A stretch of DNA of 64,000 nucleotides from an uncultured Methanoregulaceae archaeon (GCA_963841015.1 CAWJAX010000003.1:128001-192000), one strand, 5' to 3'. Numbered from the stretch's first letter, positions 32,185 to 43,134 are shown. Notes: generated by a model from the letters alone, not told the origin. Numbers and translations: made by a program.

Positions 32185-33561
32185 TCATGAATTTTTCCGG
32201 CACAATTCGACAAAATGCCGGAACATCCCCTCACTTGCTACCGGGTGGAGGTGAGTGTAACTTCCCAGCGAATTGTTGATGACCGCACCGTCAAGATTTT
32301 CATGAATTCCCACACCACGTGAGAGCTGATATGCAAAGTGTGTGCCTGGAGAGAGCAAGACATCAGAGTAATGAAATTCATGGCCCCGGAATGCTGCAGC
32401 ACCCATCGGAGAATTGCTCATACTTCTGCCTTGGACATAACTGACAACCCTTCTTGCCGGCATCCGGGTCTCACCGGAAAAAACCCCGCACATTTCATAT
32501 AGGGTATCCTTGTGTGCTCCCTGCCATCCTTTTTGTAAGAGTATACGGTCAGTGAGATACATCAGACCCCCACACTCCGCATAGAACGGATAACCATTTC
32601 GGGATACTTCACGTATCGCTTCGCGCATCGGATTGTTTGCCTCCAGTTCTTTGACAAAGATTTCCGGGTAGCCTCCTCCGATTATATAACCATCCGCATC
32701 AGGGAGCCGGTCATGTACCGGACTGAACGGAATATATTCTGCTCCAGCGGTTTGGAGAATATCAAAAAGATCGGCATAGTAAAAATTAAATACCTCATCA
32801 AGGGCGACGCCAATTTTAACATCCGGGTCCACTCTTGTGTCAAAGAGTGTTTTTTCTCCAGGTTGCTGAACAAATTCCTTCATAAGTTTCTGGAACAACT
32901 CAAGATCCACATACTTCCCAATCATATCCGTGATAGTGGCGATACGGGTATCAAAATCGCCGCGTCCGGAACCTTCACGGTAGGGTACGAGACCGAGATG
33001 TCGCATGGCAAGCTGCATCTCTTCCATACGAGGTATAGCCCCGATAACCGGAATACCACAATAATGTTCGATTGCCTTTTGTGCCTTTTCCCTGTGCGAA
33101 TCACCTTTAACATTGTTCAGGATGACCCCGGAGATATGGACATCCTGATCAAATACCTGGAATCCTTTGACTAGTGCAGCTGCACTTCGGGTGATACTCT
33201 GGGCAGAGACAACCAACACCATAGGGAGATCGAGTAATTTTGCAACAGATGCGGTGCTGCCAATATCGGTAAGTGCCTCAGCTCCTTCGTACAACCCGCG
33301 GACTCCCTCTACAATCGCGATATCTGCGCCGCGGCATCCATGCTGAAAAATTTCGCATATCTGTTTATCGGACAGTGTGAAACTGTCAAGGTTCCGACAG
33401 GGCCGCCCGGATACTGCAGAAAGGTAGGAAGGATCAATGTAATCCATCCCAACCTTGAAGGTCTGGATCTTGTTGTTCCGGGAAAGAAGCGAAGCAAGAG
33501 CAAGGGTGATGCTTGTCTTGCCGCTTCCGGATCGATCACCGGTAATCAGGATTTTTTTCAT
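32185..33561 (-). CDS. cfbB: Ni-sirohydrochlorin a,c-diamide synthase
   Basis: DRSGSGKT, KVGMDYID, EGVRGLYEG, RHLGL, AECGGLMYL, GHEFHYS; inside the cfb cluster. Confidence 0.93.
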   Translation of the reverse strand: MKKILITGDRSGSGKTSITLALASLLSRNNKIQTFKVGMDYIDPSYLSAVSGRPCRNLDSFTLSDKQICEIFQHGCRGADIAIVEGVRGLYEGAEALTDIGSTASVAKLLDLPMVLVVSAQSITRSAAALVKGFQVFDQDVHISGVILNNVKGDSHREKAQKAIEHYCGIPVIGAIPRMEEMQLAMRHLGLVPYREGSGRGDFDTRIATITDMIGKYVDLELFQKLMKEFVQQPGEKTLFDTRVDPDVKIGVALDEVFNFYYADLFDILQTAGAEYIPFSPVHDRLPDADGYIIGGGYPEIFVKELEANNPMREAIREVSRNGYPFYAECGGLMYLTDRILLQKGWQGAHKDTLYEMCGVFSGETRMPARRVVSYVQGRSMSNSPMGAAAFRGHEFHYSDVLLSPGTHFAYQLSRGVGIHENLDGAVINNSLGSYTHLHPVASEGMFRHFVELCRKNS

Positions 33562-34622
33562 GAAAGACTCCGCAGAATGGCACCGAACTCACTCTCGACA
33601 ATTGTGCAGACACCCAGTGTCTTTGGATGCAGGTCGATTTCCACAATCACATGCTGGTGCCCTATAGCGTGCAGAGGACCTACCTGACGAGGGCCGTTTG
33701 TCACCGAGAAGCACTCGATACCCTGTGTGTATTCCTGAGGAATTGCATGAGGTACACCGGTAATCAGGGCAAATACCGGCGCAATCTCCAGTAACTTCCT
33801 GCCAAGCAGATCACCGTTCGCTCCATACTCGTCAAGTGCACCGATAATTTCGAGTTTCAAACCGCGGCAGGTCATCTCTTCATATATCCGCTCTGCATCA
33901 AGCCGCGTCTTAGGTAGTCCACGCTGATCGAGATTGGCAATATAAGTAATATCCGCCTCAGGGCATGCATCATGGAGAGCAACCAGCTCATCAGCGAACA
34001 TATAGGCCGTCTCTTTCTTTGCATTCAGGATTGCTGCGCCCCGTTTCCCGCTCCGGGCAAGTTCGAGCAGGCGCTGTGCAGCGATATGTTTCATGTCACC
34101 CCGTGAGGGCACAATATAGGGCTGGCTTGCCGCACCTCTCAGCCGCTCCACTTCGTTTGCCTTCTCCATTAAGAACCGCTGGCGGGTGAGTTCTTCTGGG
34201 GAAATCCAATCGGCTTCACATGCAGCTTCAAGTGTGGCAAGGACCCCGGCAATATTTTCGAGATATCCCGCATGAATATCAATTGCTATTGTAGGGGTGG
34301 TTATTCCGGCTCCATCGATGGCAGACTTGAGATCTTCACCGATAATCATCGCAACACAGGTACCAATCACTGCCATTCTTTTTGGGGAGAAATGATCTTC
34401 AGCATAACGCAGGACGTCTTCAAGGGGTTTCTGGCCGCCAAAGATGAACTCGTTATCAGCAAGGGAAGTTGTAAGCACCCGCATGCCATCTTCTTCCAGA
34501 AGCCGGGCGTGCTTGAACGAACAGCCGGAAGGACCGTGAAGGATAGCAACATCGACTTTGAGATCCCGGGCTGTATAGAGTGCAGCAACAATCGAACTGG
34601 GACGTGGGTGCATGTATTTCAT
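33558..34622 (-). CDS. cfbD: Ni-sirohydrochlorin a,c-diamide reductive cyclase, catalytic subunit
   Basis: MHPRPSSIVAALYT, HGPSGCSF, GTC, NGPRQV, EIDLHPKTLG. Confidence 0.95.
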   Translation of the reverse strand: MKYMHPRPSSIVAALYTARDLKVDVAILHGPSGCSFKHARLLEEDGMRVLTTSLADNEFIFGGQKPLEDVLRYAEDHFSPKRMAVIGTCVAMIIGEDLKSAIDGAGITTPTIAIDIHAGYLENIAGVLATLEAACEADWISPEELTRQRFLMEKANEVERLRGAASQPYIVPSRGDMKHIAAQRLLELARSGKRGAAILNAKKETAYMFADELVALHDACPEADITYIANLDQRGLPKTRLDAERIYEEMTCRGLKLEIIGALDEYGANGDLLGRKLLEIAPVFALITGVPHAIPQEYTQGIECFSVTNGPRQVGPLHAIGHQHVIVEIDLHPKTLGVCTIVESEFGAILRSLS

Positions 34623-34632
34623 GATAGTTCAG

Positions 34633-35855
34633 TTATCTCCAGGTTTTCACAGCAAGGACAATGGATCCATGGTCTGTCATACGCAGAGCAGAGGTATAGG
34701 CTTCTGCCAGCGTGGCCGTATACGCTGATATTTGTGGTGTCAGCCCACCGAACTCAGGAGTGTCCTGTGTCGGGTACTGCTCCCACCCCAACTACACACA
34801 CAGGACGGATTTGGTCGATAAGCTGCCCGAATCTGGTCGAAGGCAAATCCTTCGCAGACTGCCCCGTCACCTTCAGACTGCCCGATGACCAGAGTAATGG
34901 CTTCTTTTCCGGATATGCTCCGGGCGTACCGGGCTGCTTCAACAGTGGTTGCAAGGTTGGTACCGCTGTTGGCATTGTCTACAACAAGCACTCCCTGGTC
35001 ATACGATATTGACATCCTGCCCGGGAGCGCACTGAACGAGGATAACGGATCCGGGTCTATTCCCAACAGCATCGCTGCAGCAGCGGCAAGCATCAGGGGC
35101 GACTGATATCCAGGAAGTTCCAGAAGAGGATTGGAAAACCTGCTGGTTATCCCGGCCAGCGTGAGCGAACATTCAGTGCCCTTACAGGCTGCAACGTCTT
35201 CAATATGGACCACATGTTCATGGTTGTATGCAGGTATATTCTTCCCGAGGAGAAGGTGCTTGCAGTGTTGTGCCGAAGCGACTTTTGTACTGAGGGCAGA
35301 CTTTTTCCCGGCAGCAAAAAAATAATCTTCATCTGAAGTAATAATCCCGAGCGTTCCTGCGCAGGATATTCCCAGGGATTCCTCAATAATCAGCCAGCCA
35401 CGGATACTGCACGCCATCCTCGCGGCAGCGAGTACCGATGCCGGTGTAATGCTCGATTGTGACAGCAACTTCTTTTCCGGGTATTGGTACGTCCCGGTTG
35501 AGGTGTGCAGAATACCTGTCCCTCGCATCAGGAAAGCAAGAGCGTGAGCCGTTGTCGTCTTCCCTTGTGTTCCGGTGATCTCGATCATAGGTTCCGGAGT
35601 ATTCTCACCCAGCAGATCGCGCACTGCTTCATGGTGGGAAATGACCGGAGCAGTGGAAAAGTTCAGGAGAGGATGACCGGGATCGAGATGTACAGGTGCG
35701 ACAATCAGATCATAATTTCCTGTCAGTACTGTTGTTATGTCGGTTTTGCTCTCTCCCCGGTACACATCCACGCAATCAACACGATCGCCCCTTGATGCAT
35801 ACGCCAGACCGATCGCTTTTCCGCCGTGGATAGTGTCCAGTACCAGGATGTGCAT
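34633..35855 (-). CDS. cfbE: Coenzyme F430 synthetase (Mur-ligase-like), two apparent +1 frameshifts near 34820 and 34781
   Basis: LVLDTIHGG, EITGTQGKTTT, SITPAS, PGRM, DNANSG, AVCEG. The family-like end GSIVLAVKTWR* lies in another frame, stop at 34633. Confidence 0.9.
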
Positions 35856-35865
35856 AAAAAAGAGG

Positions 35866-36267
35866 TTACAGAAGTGTGAGCGCTTTTGTCGCGTTCTTAA
35901 TCATCAGGTCGGCAAGGAGGGGATCACTGCCGATAGGATCCGCATATACCAGGGGAACTGACCTGCCATTCAGGGTAAATAATCCCTTCTTGGTGCCCTC
36001 AGCAAGTCCTATCTCTCCCGGAATATCTTTTTCTATGTGGACGCCTTTTGCAAGAAAAAGGGGTACAACCACCAGCGCATCAATCGGTTCTCGCCGGAAA
36101 TCATTGAGTGAGTCCTTGATTGTTGGTGTATTCATATTCATAAATCCGCATTTTACGATAAAATCCGTATTTTGTCCTTTAATCAAGGATGCGGTTTTCT
36201 CAACAAGCTCTTTGTTGTAAGGCATCGTGCTTCCGTGCCCGACAAGTAACATTCCCTTCTTACCCAT
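35866..36267 (-). CDS. cfbA: Sirohydrochlorin nickelochelatase
   Basis: LLVGHGS, PLFLAKGVHI..DIP, YADPIG; short CbiX(S) type at the head of the cfb cluster. Confidence 0.92.
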   Translation of the reverse strand: MGKKGMLLVGHGSTMPYNKELVEKTASLIKGQNTDFIVKCGFMNMNTPTIKDSLNDFRREPIDALVVVPLFLAKGVHIEKDIPGEIGLAEGTKKGLFTLNGRSVPLVYADPIGSDPLLADLMIKNATKALTLL

Positions 36268-36486
36268 ATAACACATAGTATTACCCGGGATCTTAAAAAT
36301 TCTTACCAAATGTTTTTTGGAATGATATCCCCCTTTATCATAGTGTGATTTTTAAAAACGGAATCGCACAGTGTTTGAACCAGTTTTCGAGAATTTGCTG
36401 ATAAAAACGTCCGCTCAAAAAAAAGGTTAACTGATTGGGGTTAATGCAAAGTAATTTGGTTGATCAGCCTCAACAGATATGAATCT

Positions 36487-37626
36487 ATGATGGATGCCTT
36501 CGAGCGCTTTGGGCTGCTCATTAACAACCGGATTGTCAGGACACCTGTTGCAATTGCATCCATGGCGGGAATGGTTGATTCATCTTACGTCCTTGAACGC
36601 GCTGATCACATCGGTGCTGCATTTATCGGAGGGTACTCTATTGATCAGCCCACCATGGATGCGGCTAAATCTGTCACCGCTGAGGGGAACCGTAAAGAAT
36701 TTTTATACGCCGATCCGGCAGAAGAACTGAGAAAACAGATGGCACTCATGGAAAAGAGCGCGGTTGTACTGGGACTCAACCTCAGGGGCAGTTCTCCTGA
36801 ATCCTTCGGATCTATGGCGCGATCACTTGGTGAAAGTGTTGTCTACGAAATTGATGCCCATTGCCGGCAGCCTGCCATGATAGCTGCGGGATGTGGCGAG
36901 CATTACCTGAAAAAACCCGGAGAATTAATGGCTGTTGTCCGGGCGCTCAAATCTGAAAATGTGGCGGTATCGGTAAAAATCCGTGCCGGTGTTGCGGCCG
37001 ATGACAGGCTCCTTGCCCGGAAATTGTGGCAATCTGGAGCAGACATTCTGCATATTGATCTGATGGACTACGGATCAGCAAAACTCCGGCAGATCCGGAA
37101 CAGCTGCCCCCTTATGCTTATTGCCAATAATTCCATAAACACGTTTGACCGGATGCGGGAGATGCTTTCTCACGGAGCGGACATTGTTTCTCTTGCACGC
37201 AAATCCGACACACGCACCCTGTCCGGACTGGACGCAGCGATTACCCGTTATGCTATGGAAGAAGGATGGTACAACTCTCCAAAGCAGCTGTGCCGGGGCG
37301 GAGACATACGTGCACTCACCTTTTGCTGTATGCCGGTCAAAGAATGCCCGCTACTCCCCACCCTTTCCCGGATCAATATGCCAAAAGAAGACTACATCCA
37401 AATGAAACTGGAATCGGTAAAAGGTACCGCCCTCAAGGAAGGGAACCAGACCTGTTTTGGCAGCCTCGCCTGGTGCTGTAAAACATCCTCTCCCTGCATG
37501 TTCCGTGATATGACACTTAAACAGGTGGGACTATCAAAGAAAGAGTATATGCGCCTGAAACGCGAGCTCTCAGATACAATAATGAGCCGTGTGTTCCATG
37601 ACGTGTCTTCTGATGAGAGCAGCTGA
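36487..37626 (+). CDS. Methanogenesis marker 9 protein fused to an N-terminal Dus/DHODH-like TIM barrel
   Basis: IASMAG, EIDAHCRQP, SVKIRAG, IANNS; C-terminal CRGGDIRALTFCCMPVKECP...TCFGSLAWCCK..PC..RD. Confidence 0.88.
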   Translation: MMDAFERFGLLINNRIVRTPVAIASMAGMVDSSYVLERADHIGAAFIGGYSIDQPTMDAAKSVTAEGNRKEFLYADPAEELRKQMALMEKSAVVLGLNLRGSSPESFGSMARSLGESVVYEIDAHCRQPAMIAAGCGEHYLKKPGELMAVVRALKSENVAVSVKIRAGVAADDRLLARKLWQSGADILHIDLMDYGSAKLRQIRNSCPLMLIANNSINTFDRMREMLSHGADIVSLARKSDTRTLSGLDAAITRYAMEEGWYNSPKQLCRGGDIRALTFCCMPVKECPLLPTLSRINMPKEDYIQMKLESVKGTALKEGNQTCFGSLAWCCKTSSPCMFRDMTLKQVGLSKKEYMRLKRELSDTIMSRVFHDVSSDESS

Positions 37627-38420
37627 ACGTGCACAGCTGGCCCTGATGCTTGAAGTCTGCGCCTACCCGAAACCAGGGAACGTCGACCGTTGCCATGATT
37701 ATGCCGAAACGCGCCTTGAACATTTCCTGGCTTCAACGCTATTTGCCCGTGCGGCGCTTGAAGAGGCTGAAACAGGTACCGGGCGGATCGGGGAGATCAT
37801 CCGGCATGCAGTCCGGGACACCAATTGTCATAATGGGGGCAATACACATTTTGGAGCATTTATCCTTCTCATCCCGCTTGTCTATGGCGGAGATATCCCC
37901 GGGGCGATCCGGGCAACCGAAAAAACTGATGTTTCAGATGCAGTTGCCTTCTATAAGGCTTTTGCCTTGACATCAGTGAAAATGAACGTTACCGATGAGC
38001 TGGATGTTCATGATCCCCATACCCTTACGATAATCCGGGACCAGGATCTGACACTTCTCGATGTGATGAGGCATTCAGCGGCAAATGACATGGTGGCACG
38101 GGAATGGGTGACCGGATTTCGACTGACAAGGAGGGGAGCGGACCTTCTGAAACAATTCGGCCCGGGCAGGCAGGCAATTGTCAATACGTTCCTCACGCTC
38201 CTCGCTTCTGAACCGGATACTTTCATAATCAAAAAACACGGGACTGCGGTTGCACAGGAGATCCTGCTTATTGCCAGGGAAGTCCTTGACGGTAAACGAT
38301 CCTTAGCGGATTTCGATGCAGATTGTATTGAACGGGATATCAATCCGGGTTCAACAGACTGATATTATCATAGCTTCAATCTTTGTTGCACTTGGAGAGG
38401 GATGGCAATGGGACTTTTAA
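37613..38420 (+). CDS. CitG-like triphosphoribosyl-dephospho-CoA synthase family (apparent +1 frameshift at ~38358)
   Basis: LEV.AYPKPGNVDR, GGNTHFG, PDTFIIKKHG, INPGST; continues ADIIIASIFVALGEGWQWDF* to 38420 after removing one A. Confidence 0.85.
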
Positions 38421-38959
38421 AAGGAGGTATTAACGAGGTAATCGCAACCACACGGTTCAATGCGGCCCCGATGGGTATCCATTACCGGGAGGGAATTGCC
38501 AGTATGGTGCTTTTTTCGGGCAGTAATACCGCAGAAAACATTGAGCGGGACGGATGGGTTGTTGCCAATTTTGTGCAGGATCCCGTTCTTTATGTCAGGA
38601 CTGCATTTGAAGATCTGTCGAAGACTTCATTTACTGAAGAAGTCGTCTCAACAAAAACAATTACAAGGCTCGCATGCGCTGATGCCTGGGCAGCATTCAC
38701 CGCAACCATTGTGCGCAGAACCAACGAGTCCATGATCATACGTCTCAAACCGGAAAAAGAGATTATTGAAGAGGTTGCTATACATCCGGTGAACCGGGGA
38801 TTCAACAATCTTATCGATGCGACCGTCCATGTCACTCGATTTAAGGAAAATAAGGATCCGGAATTGAAAAGGCTTATCGATTATCATGTGGGCATTGTGC
38901 GTAAGTGCGGGGGGAAACGGGAACTGGAAGCCCTGGAATTGTTAAAAAAGTATATGTAG
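38408..38959 (+). CDS. DUF447 family protein
   Basis: EVIATT..NAAPMG, GSNTAENI, PVNRG..LIDATVH.TR, KCGG. Confidence 0.85.
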   Translation: MGLLKGGINEVIATTRFNAAPMGIHYREGIASMVLFSGSNTAENIERDGWVVANFVQDPVLYVRTAFEDLSKTSFTEEVVSTKTITRLACADAWAAFTATIVRRTNESMIIRLKPEKEIIEEVAIHPVNRGFNNLIDATVHVTRFKENKDPELKRLIDYHVGIVRKCGGKRELEALELLKKYM

Positions 38960-39262
38960 GAGTTACCTCGGGTTGACACACATATTGCAGAGTAAAAGAA
39001 GGGTTTGATTTTTAGTACCTGTCTCACTGGTTGTTGCTGCTCCCGATTACATTGAAGAAGCAGTACCGGTTCAATGATTTATCGCATTTTAGGTGCTGCT
39101 GGAACGGGCTTGGGCTGCTTATGCGGTTTTTTGTTTTGCTTAAACAGTTCTTGGGTAACTCCATGGTTACGGTATTATTGCTCGCGAGAATGGTTGTCCT
39201 ATCACTGTTTTTATTTGTTCCGAACTCCCACAATAATGGTTAGAAAAGAGTGTGAATTACAG

Positions 39263-39487
39263 ATGTGTGTAGCAGTTCCTGCAGAAGTGCTGGAGATAAA
39301 AGAAGGGAATGTGGGTGTTGTAGACTATGGCGATCTCCAACAGGAAGTCAGGCTCGATCTGGTTGATGTGAAAATTGGCGAATTTGTATTGGTCCATGTG
39401 GGTTTTGCTATCCAGAAACTCTCCCGGGAAGAGGGACTTGAGACCCGGGAGCTGTTCAAACAGGTCTACGCTGCGATGGAGGAGTGA
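39263..39487 (+). CDS. hypC: Hydrogenase maturation chaperone HypC
   Basis: MCVAVP...VLVHVGFAI. Confidence 0.95.
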   Translation: MCVAVPAEVLEIKEGNVGVVDYGDLQQEVRLDLVDVKIGEFVLVHVGFAIQKLSREEGLETRELFKQVYAAMEE

Positions 39488-39828
39488 TGCACGAGTACGC
39501 CATCGCTTATGACCTCTATGCGACTACCCGCAAGACTGCAATTGAAAACAAAGCCAGTCAGATAAAAAAAGTACGCGTTGAGGTAGGAAAGATGGCGATG
39601 GTGAATCCTGATCAGGTAGTTTTTCTCTTTAATACAATCAAGGAAGACGATCCTCTTTTCTCTGACGCGGTTCTCGATTGCAGTGAGATGCTGCCCCAGA
39701 CCCGATGTCCCTGCGGGTATTCCGGGGATGAAATGTTCGTCTGCCCGGGATGTGGAGCGCTCCCTGAACTGGTCAAAGGCAGAGAGATTCTGGTCACCAG
39801 CATCGAAATAGAGGTGGACGATTCATGA
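39487..39828 (+). CDS. hypA: Hydrogenase nickel chaperone HypA
   Basis: MHE start, CxC and CxxC, GRE..V.SIE. Confidence 0.93.
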   Translation: MHEYAIAYDLYATTRKTAIENKASQIKKVRVEVGKMAMVNPDQVVFLFNTIKEDDPLFSDAVLDCSEMLPQTRCPCGYSGDEMFVCPGCGALPELVKGREILVTSIEIEVDDS

Positions 39829-40821
39829 AGGTCACCCTGATGCATGGTGCCGGCGGAGAAGTCATGGGAGAACTCCTGCAGACGCTTACAAAATTCAAAC
39901 ACAACAACGCCGGAGGGATCGGACTTGAATCTCTTGATGATGGAGCAGTTATCCCTTTCAATGGCGAGAACCTCGTGTTTACCACAGATTCCCATGTGGT
40001 CCGCCCCATTTTTTTTCCTGGCGGTGATATCGGGAGAATTGCGGTCTGCGGGACTATTAATGATCTTGCGATGATGGGAGCGCGGCCTATAGCACTCTCG
40101 TGTGGCATGATAATTGAGGAAGGATTTGAAATTGACGACCTCGTCAGGATTGTTGCTTCAATGGACGATGCTCTTGGTGAAGCGGGTGCAAACCTGGTAA
40201 CGGGAGACACAAAAGTGATGGAGCGAGGAGCACTGGACGGGATCACGATCAATACTGCCGGTATTGGCATTGCAAAGATTATCGTGCGGGACAACGGTCT
40301 TGTGCCTGGCGATTCAATTATTGTTTCCGGAACTCTTGGTGATCACGGTATAGCGATTATGGCACACCGTGAGGGATTCGATCTCGGTGAGCAGATCAAA
40401 TCCGATGTTGCACCCCTCTGGGGAATGATGGAAAAGGTTCTCGATGCCGGTACCATCCATGCAATGAAAGACCCGACCCGGGGGGGATTTGCAAGCACTA
40501 TCAACGAGATGGCAAGAAAGAGCCGGGTAGGTATCCGGATCAAGGAGGAGAAACTACCTATCCGGAAAAGCGTCAGGAGTGCTGCAGGGATGCTCGGAAT
40601 AGATCCGCTTGAGGTGGCAAATGAAGGAAAGGTTGTAATGGGAGTCCCGTCTTCCAGTGTGGATGCGATCCTTGCAGCACTTCGAACGCATAAATATGGC
40701 ATGGATGCAGCTGTTGTCGGGTACTGTTATAAAGGGTGCTCATGTTATTATGGAAACGACCATTGGTGGTGAACGATTCATTGAACCGCCAATAGGTGAC
40801 CCGGTGCCACGGGTCTGTTGA
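39825..40821 (+). CDS. hypE: Hydrogenase maturation carbamoyl dehydratase HypE (apparent +1 frameshift at ~40720)
   Basis: HGAGG, TTDSHVV.P.FFPGGDIG, KDPTRGG, ANEGK. The essential C-terminal PRVC* is in the shifted frame, stop 40819-40821. Confidence 0.93.
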
Positions 40822-40849
40822 TCAGATCTTTTTATTTAACGTTTCTTTA

Positions 40850-40934
40850 CGCCGGGGAAGAGATTTGAACTCTTGAGGTGCAGGGCACCAGTAGCTTTCA
40901 AGGCTACCGCCTTCCCGGACTAGACTACCCCGGC
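40850..40934 (-). tRNA. tRNA-Ser (UGA)
   Basis: GCCGGGG acceptor stem, anticodon arm GTAGC-CTTGAAA-GCTAC, long variable arm GGTGC-CCT-GCACC, T loop GTTCAAATC. Confidence 0.95.
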
Positions 40935-41006
40935 AATGCTGCATATGTTGGGTGTCCGATATAAAAAAGGCTTCTTTATCAGCAGTCTGATAAGGAGTTG
41001 TTCAGA

Positions 41007-42102
41007 TTACTCTTTCCACTTGTATCTTTTGACTATCAGGAACGCTATCCCCAGCGAAACAACCCCCAGCAATGTCAGGGGGGGGGGATGTTGGGGTATC
41101 CGTTGGTGTTTGTGTAACACTCGCAGCAAAAGGTGCCGGCACGGTCGGGCTTACAACAATGGATACGGCATTTTCGGCATACAAGAACACCTCGCTGTTC
41201 ACTGAACTCTTCATCGGATAAACCTTGACATACACCGTTTTTCCCCTTCCGGGAACCTGGACTTTTTCAGGATATTGTTCGCCCTCGTCATTTACAATGT
41301 TGATCGTGCCCTTGTCATCGACATACTCCATAACCCAGTCAATGGATGAAGAGGTATGAATGTTGACTTTTCCATTGCCGGTCTTTATGGAAAAATAGAC
41401 GGGATTATCTCTCGAGGATTTCGCGTGAGCGGAAACAATGGACAATGTGGTCGGTGTCGGACTTGCTCCCAATGTCTGGTTTTGCTGACTTGTGACCGTT
41501 ATACTACGTTTTCCGACGTATCCCCTGGCATCAGTGAAACTCACCTCATAATCTCCTGGTTCAGTTATGGGTACATCTATTGCAAAGTTGCCCTGATAGT
41601 CGGTATTTATAAAACGTGGTCCGAAAACAACGTTATCAGAAGGCCCGATAACTTCTATCTGTACTCCGGAATTTTCATCCCCTTTAATCATTCCTGCAAT
41701 AGTAATCTTACCGTTAAAATTCTGGGTGGTAGAAGAGCTGAGATCGATATCATCAGAGCGATCAAAAAGGTACACGACTCGCATGTTTACCGACTCACCC
41801 GCGCCGTTGGTCGGCACTTCAACTTTGTACATCCCGGTTTTTAATCCGGTAGTATCAAAGACAGCACGGAACGAGCGATCTGACTGGACGTAGACAATCT
41901 TGCGTTTTATCTCGCTGGTCGTTGTCAGCTGGTAATAGAGCACTACATCAATGGGTGTGCCAATCCCAAACGTGGTCGTCCCATTCACAATGAGGGGTTT
42001 TCCTATCGGTAGTGAATCTGGTGCATCGATATTTACCTGGTAAGCCGAACCAATTCCCGATAGAAAGAGAAGTCCCATCACCAGCAGGACGATCTTTTTC
42101 AT
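41007..42102 (-). CDS. Secreted/cell-surface protein; C-terminal anchor out of frame at a G10 tract (41078-41087)
   Basis: Signal peptide MKKIVLLVMGLLFLSGIGSA, Ig-like repeats, T/P linker. Removing one C gives SPPLTLLGVVSLGIAFLIVKRYKWKE*. Confidence 0.8.
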
Positions 42103-42121
42103 CTATATAGGTTCAACTATT

Positions 42122-43120
42122 ATGATGTTAATGATTTCTGAACTACAGGAAAAACCTCTCGCAAGCTGGCGGGGACAAGAGCGGTATGATAAAGAATTGC
42201 TCAATTGCCTCACCATTATTTTTAATAGTGCAGGCTGTTCATGGTCAAAATGCAGGATGTGCGGTTACCGGCACGAACGATATATTGGCGAACTGTCTTC
42301 CGAATCCCTTCTTAAGCATCTCCGTGCACAACTTGCTTGGGTTCGTACACAGTATAAACCTGATGAGTATCGTATGGTCAAGATCTTTACTTCAGGAAGT
42401 TTTTTTGATCCGCATGAAATACCTCCCGCATTTCTTTCTGATGTGGCAACCATGTTTAAGGGAAAACTGGTTATCGCAGAAACCCGCCCCGAATTTATTC
42501 ACCGGGAAGTCATCCTGTCATTCATCGAACTGCTGGATGACGGGAGCTGGAAGACACCGCTTTATTGTGCGATAGGTCTTGAAACAAGCAGTGACAGGAT
42601 CCGGGAAAAGTGCATTAATAAAGGTTTTACATTCCGGGACTTCGAAAAAGCTGCTGCAACAGCTCACTCTGCCGGAGCCGGGGTAAAAGCATACCTTCTT
42701 TTTAAGCCCCTTTTTTTGACCGAGAGTGAAGCTGTAGATGATATGAAAATCTCAATCCGGGAAACATCCAGGTATGCAGATATGATCTCCATGAACCCCT
42801 GCACAGTCCAGCGCAACACTGAACTGGATTACTACTGGAGGCGGGGAGCATATCGCCCCCCGTATCTATGGAGCGTCCTTTCAATTCTTGCAGACTCCCC
42901 CGTTCATATCACCTGCGATCCCCTTGGCGGTGGTCAGAAACGGGGGCCTCACAATTGCGGAGCATGCGATTACGAGCTGGTCAAAGGAATCCGGGACTAC
43001 TCATTGAATGCTGATCAGGATCTTATTACTGCGCTGCTTCAGACCAGCTGCGATTGTAAGCAGGAATGGGAATACATCCTGTCCTCAGAAAAATCATACG
43101 GTATGCCACTGACGCGGTAA
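42122..43120 (+). CDS. Archaeosine synthase beta subunit, radical SAM (RaSEA, TIGR01210-like)
   Basis: GCSWSKCRMCGY, KIFTSGSF, ETRPEF, IGLET, LLFKPLFL, YRPPYLWS, RGPHNCG.CD. Confidence 0.88.
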   Translation: MMLMISELQEKPLASWRGQERYDKELLNCLTIIFNSAGCSWSKCRMCGYRHERYIGELSSESLLKHLRAQLAWVRTQYKPDEYRMVKIFTSGSFFDPHEIPPAFLSDVATMFKGKLVIAETRPEFIHREVILSFIELLDDGSWKTPLYCAIGLETSSDRIREKCINKGFTFRDFEKAAATAHSAGAGVKAYLLFKPLFLTESEAVDDMKISIRETSRYADMISMNPCTVQRNTELDYYWRRGAYRPPYLWSVLSILADSPVHITCDPLGGGQKRGPHNCGACDYELVKGIRDYSLNADQDLITALLQTSCDCKQEWEYILSSEKSYGMPLTR

Positions 43121-43134
43121 AAAACCGTAAAAAA

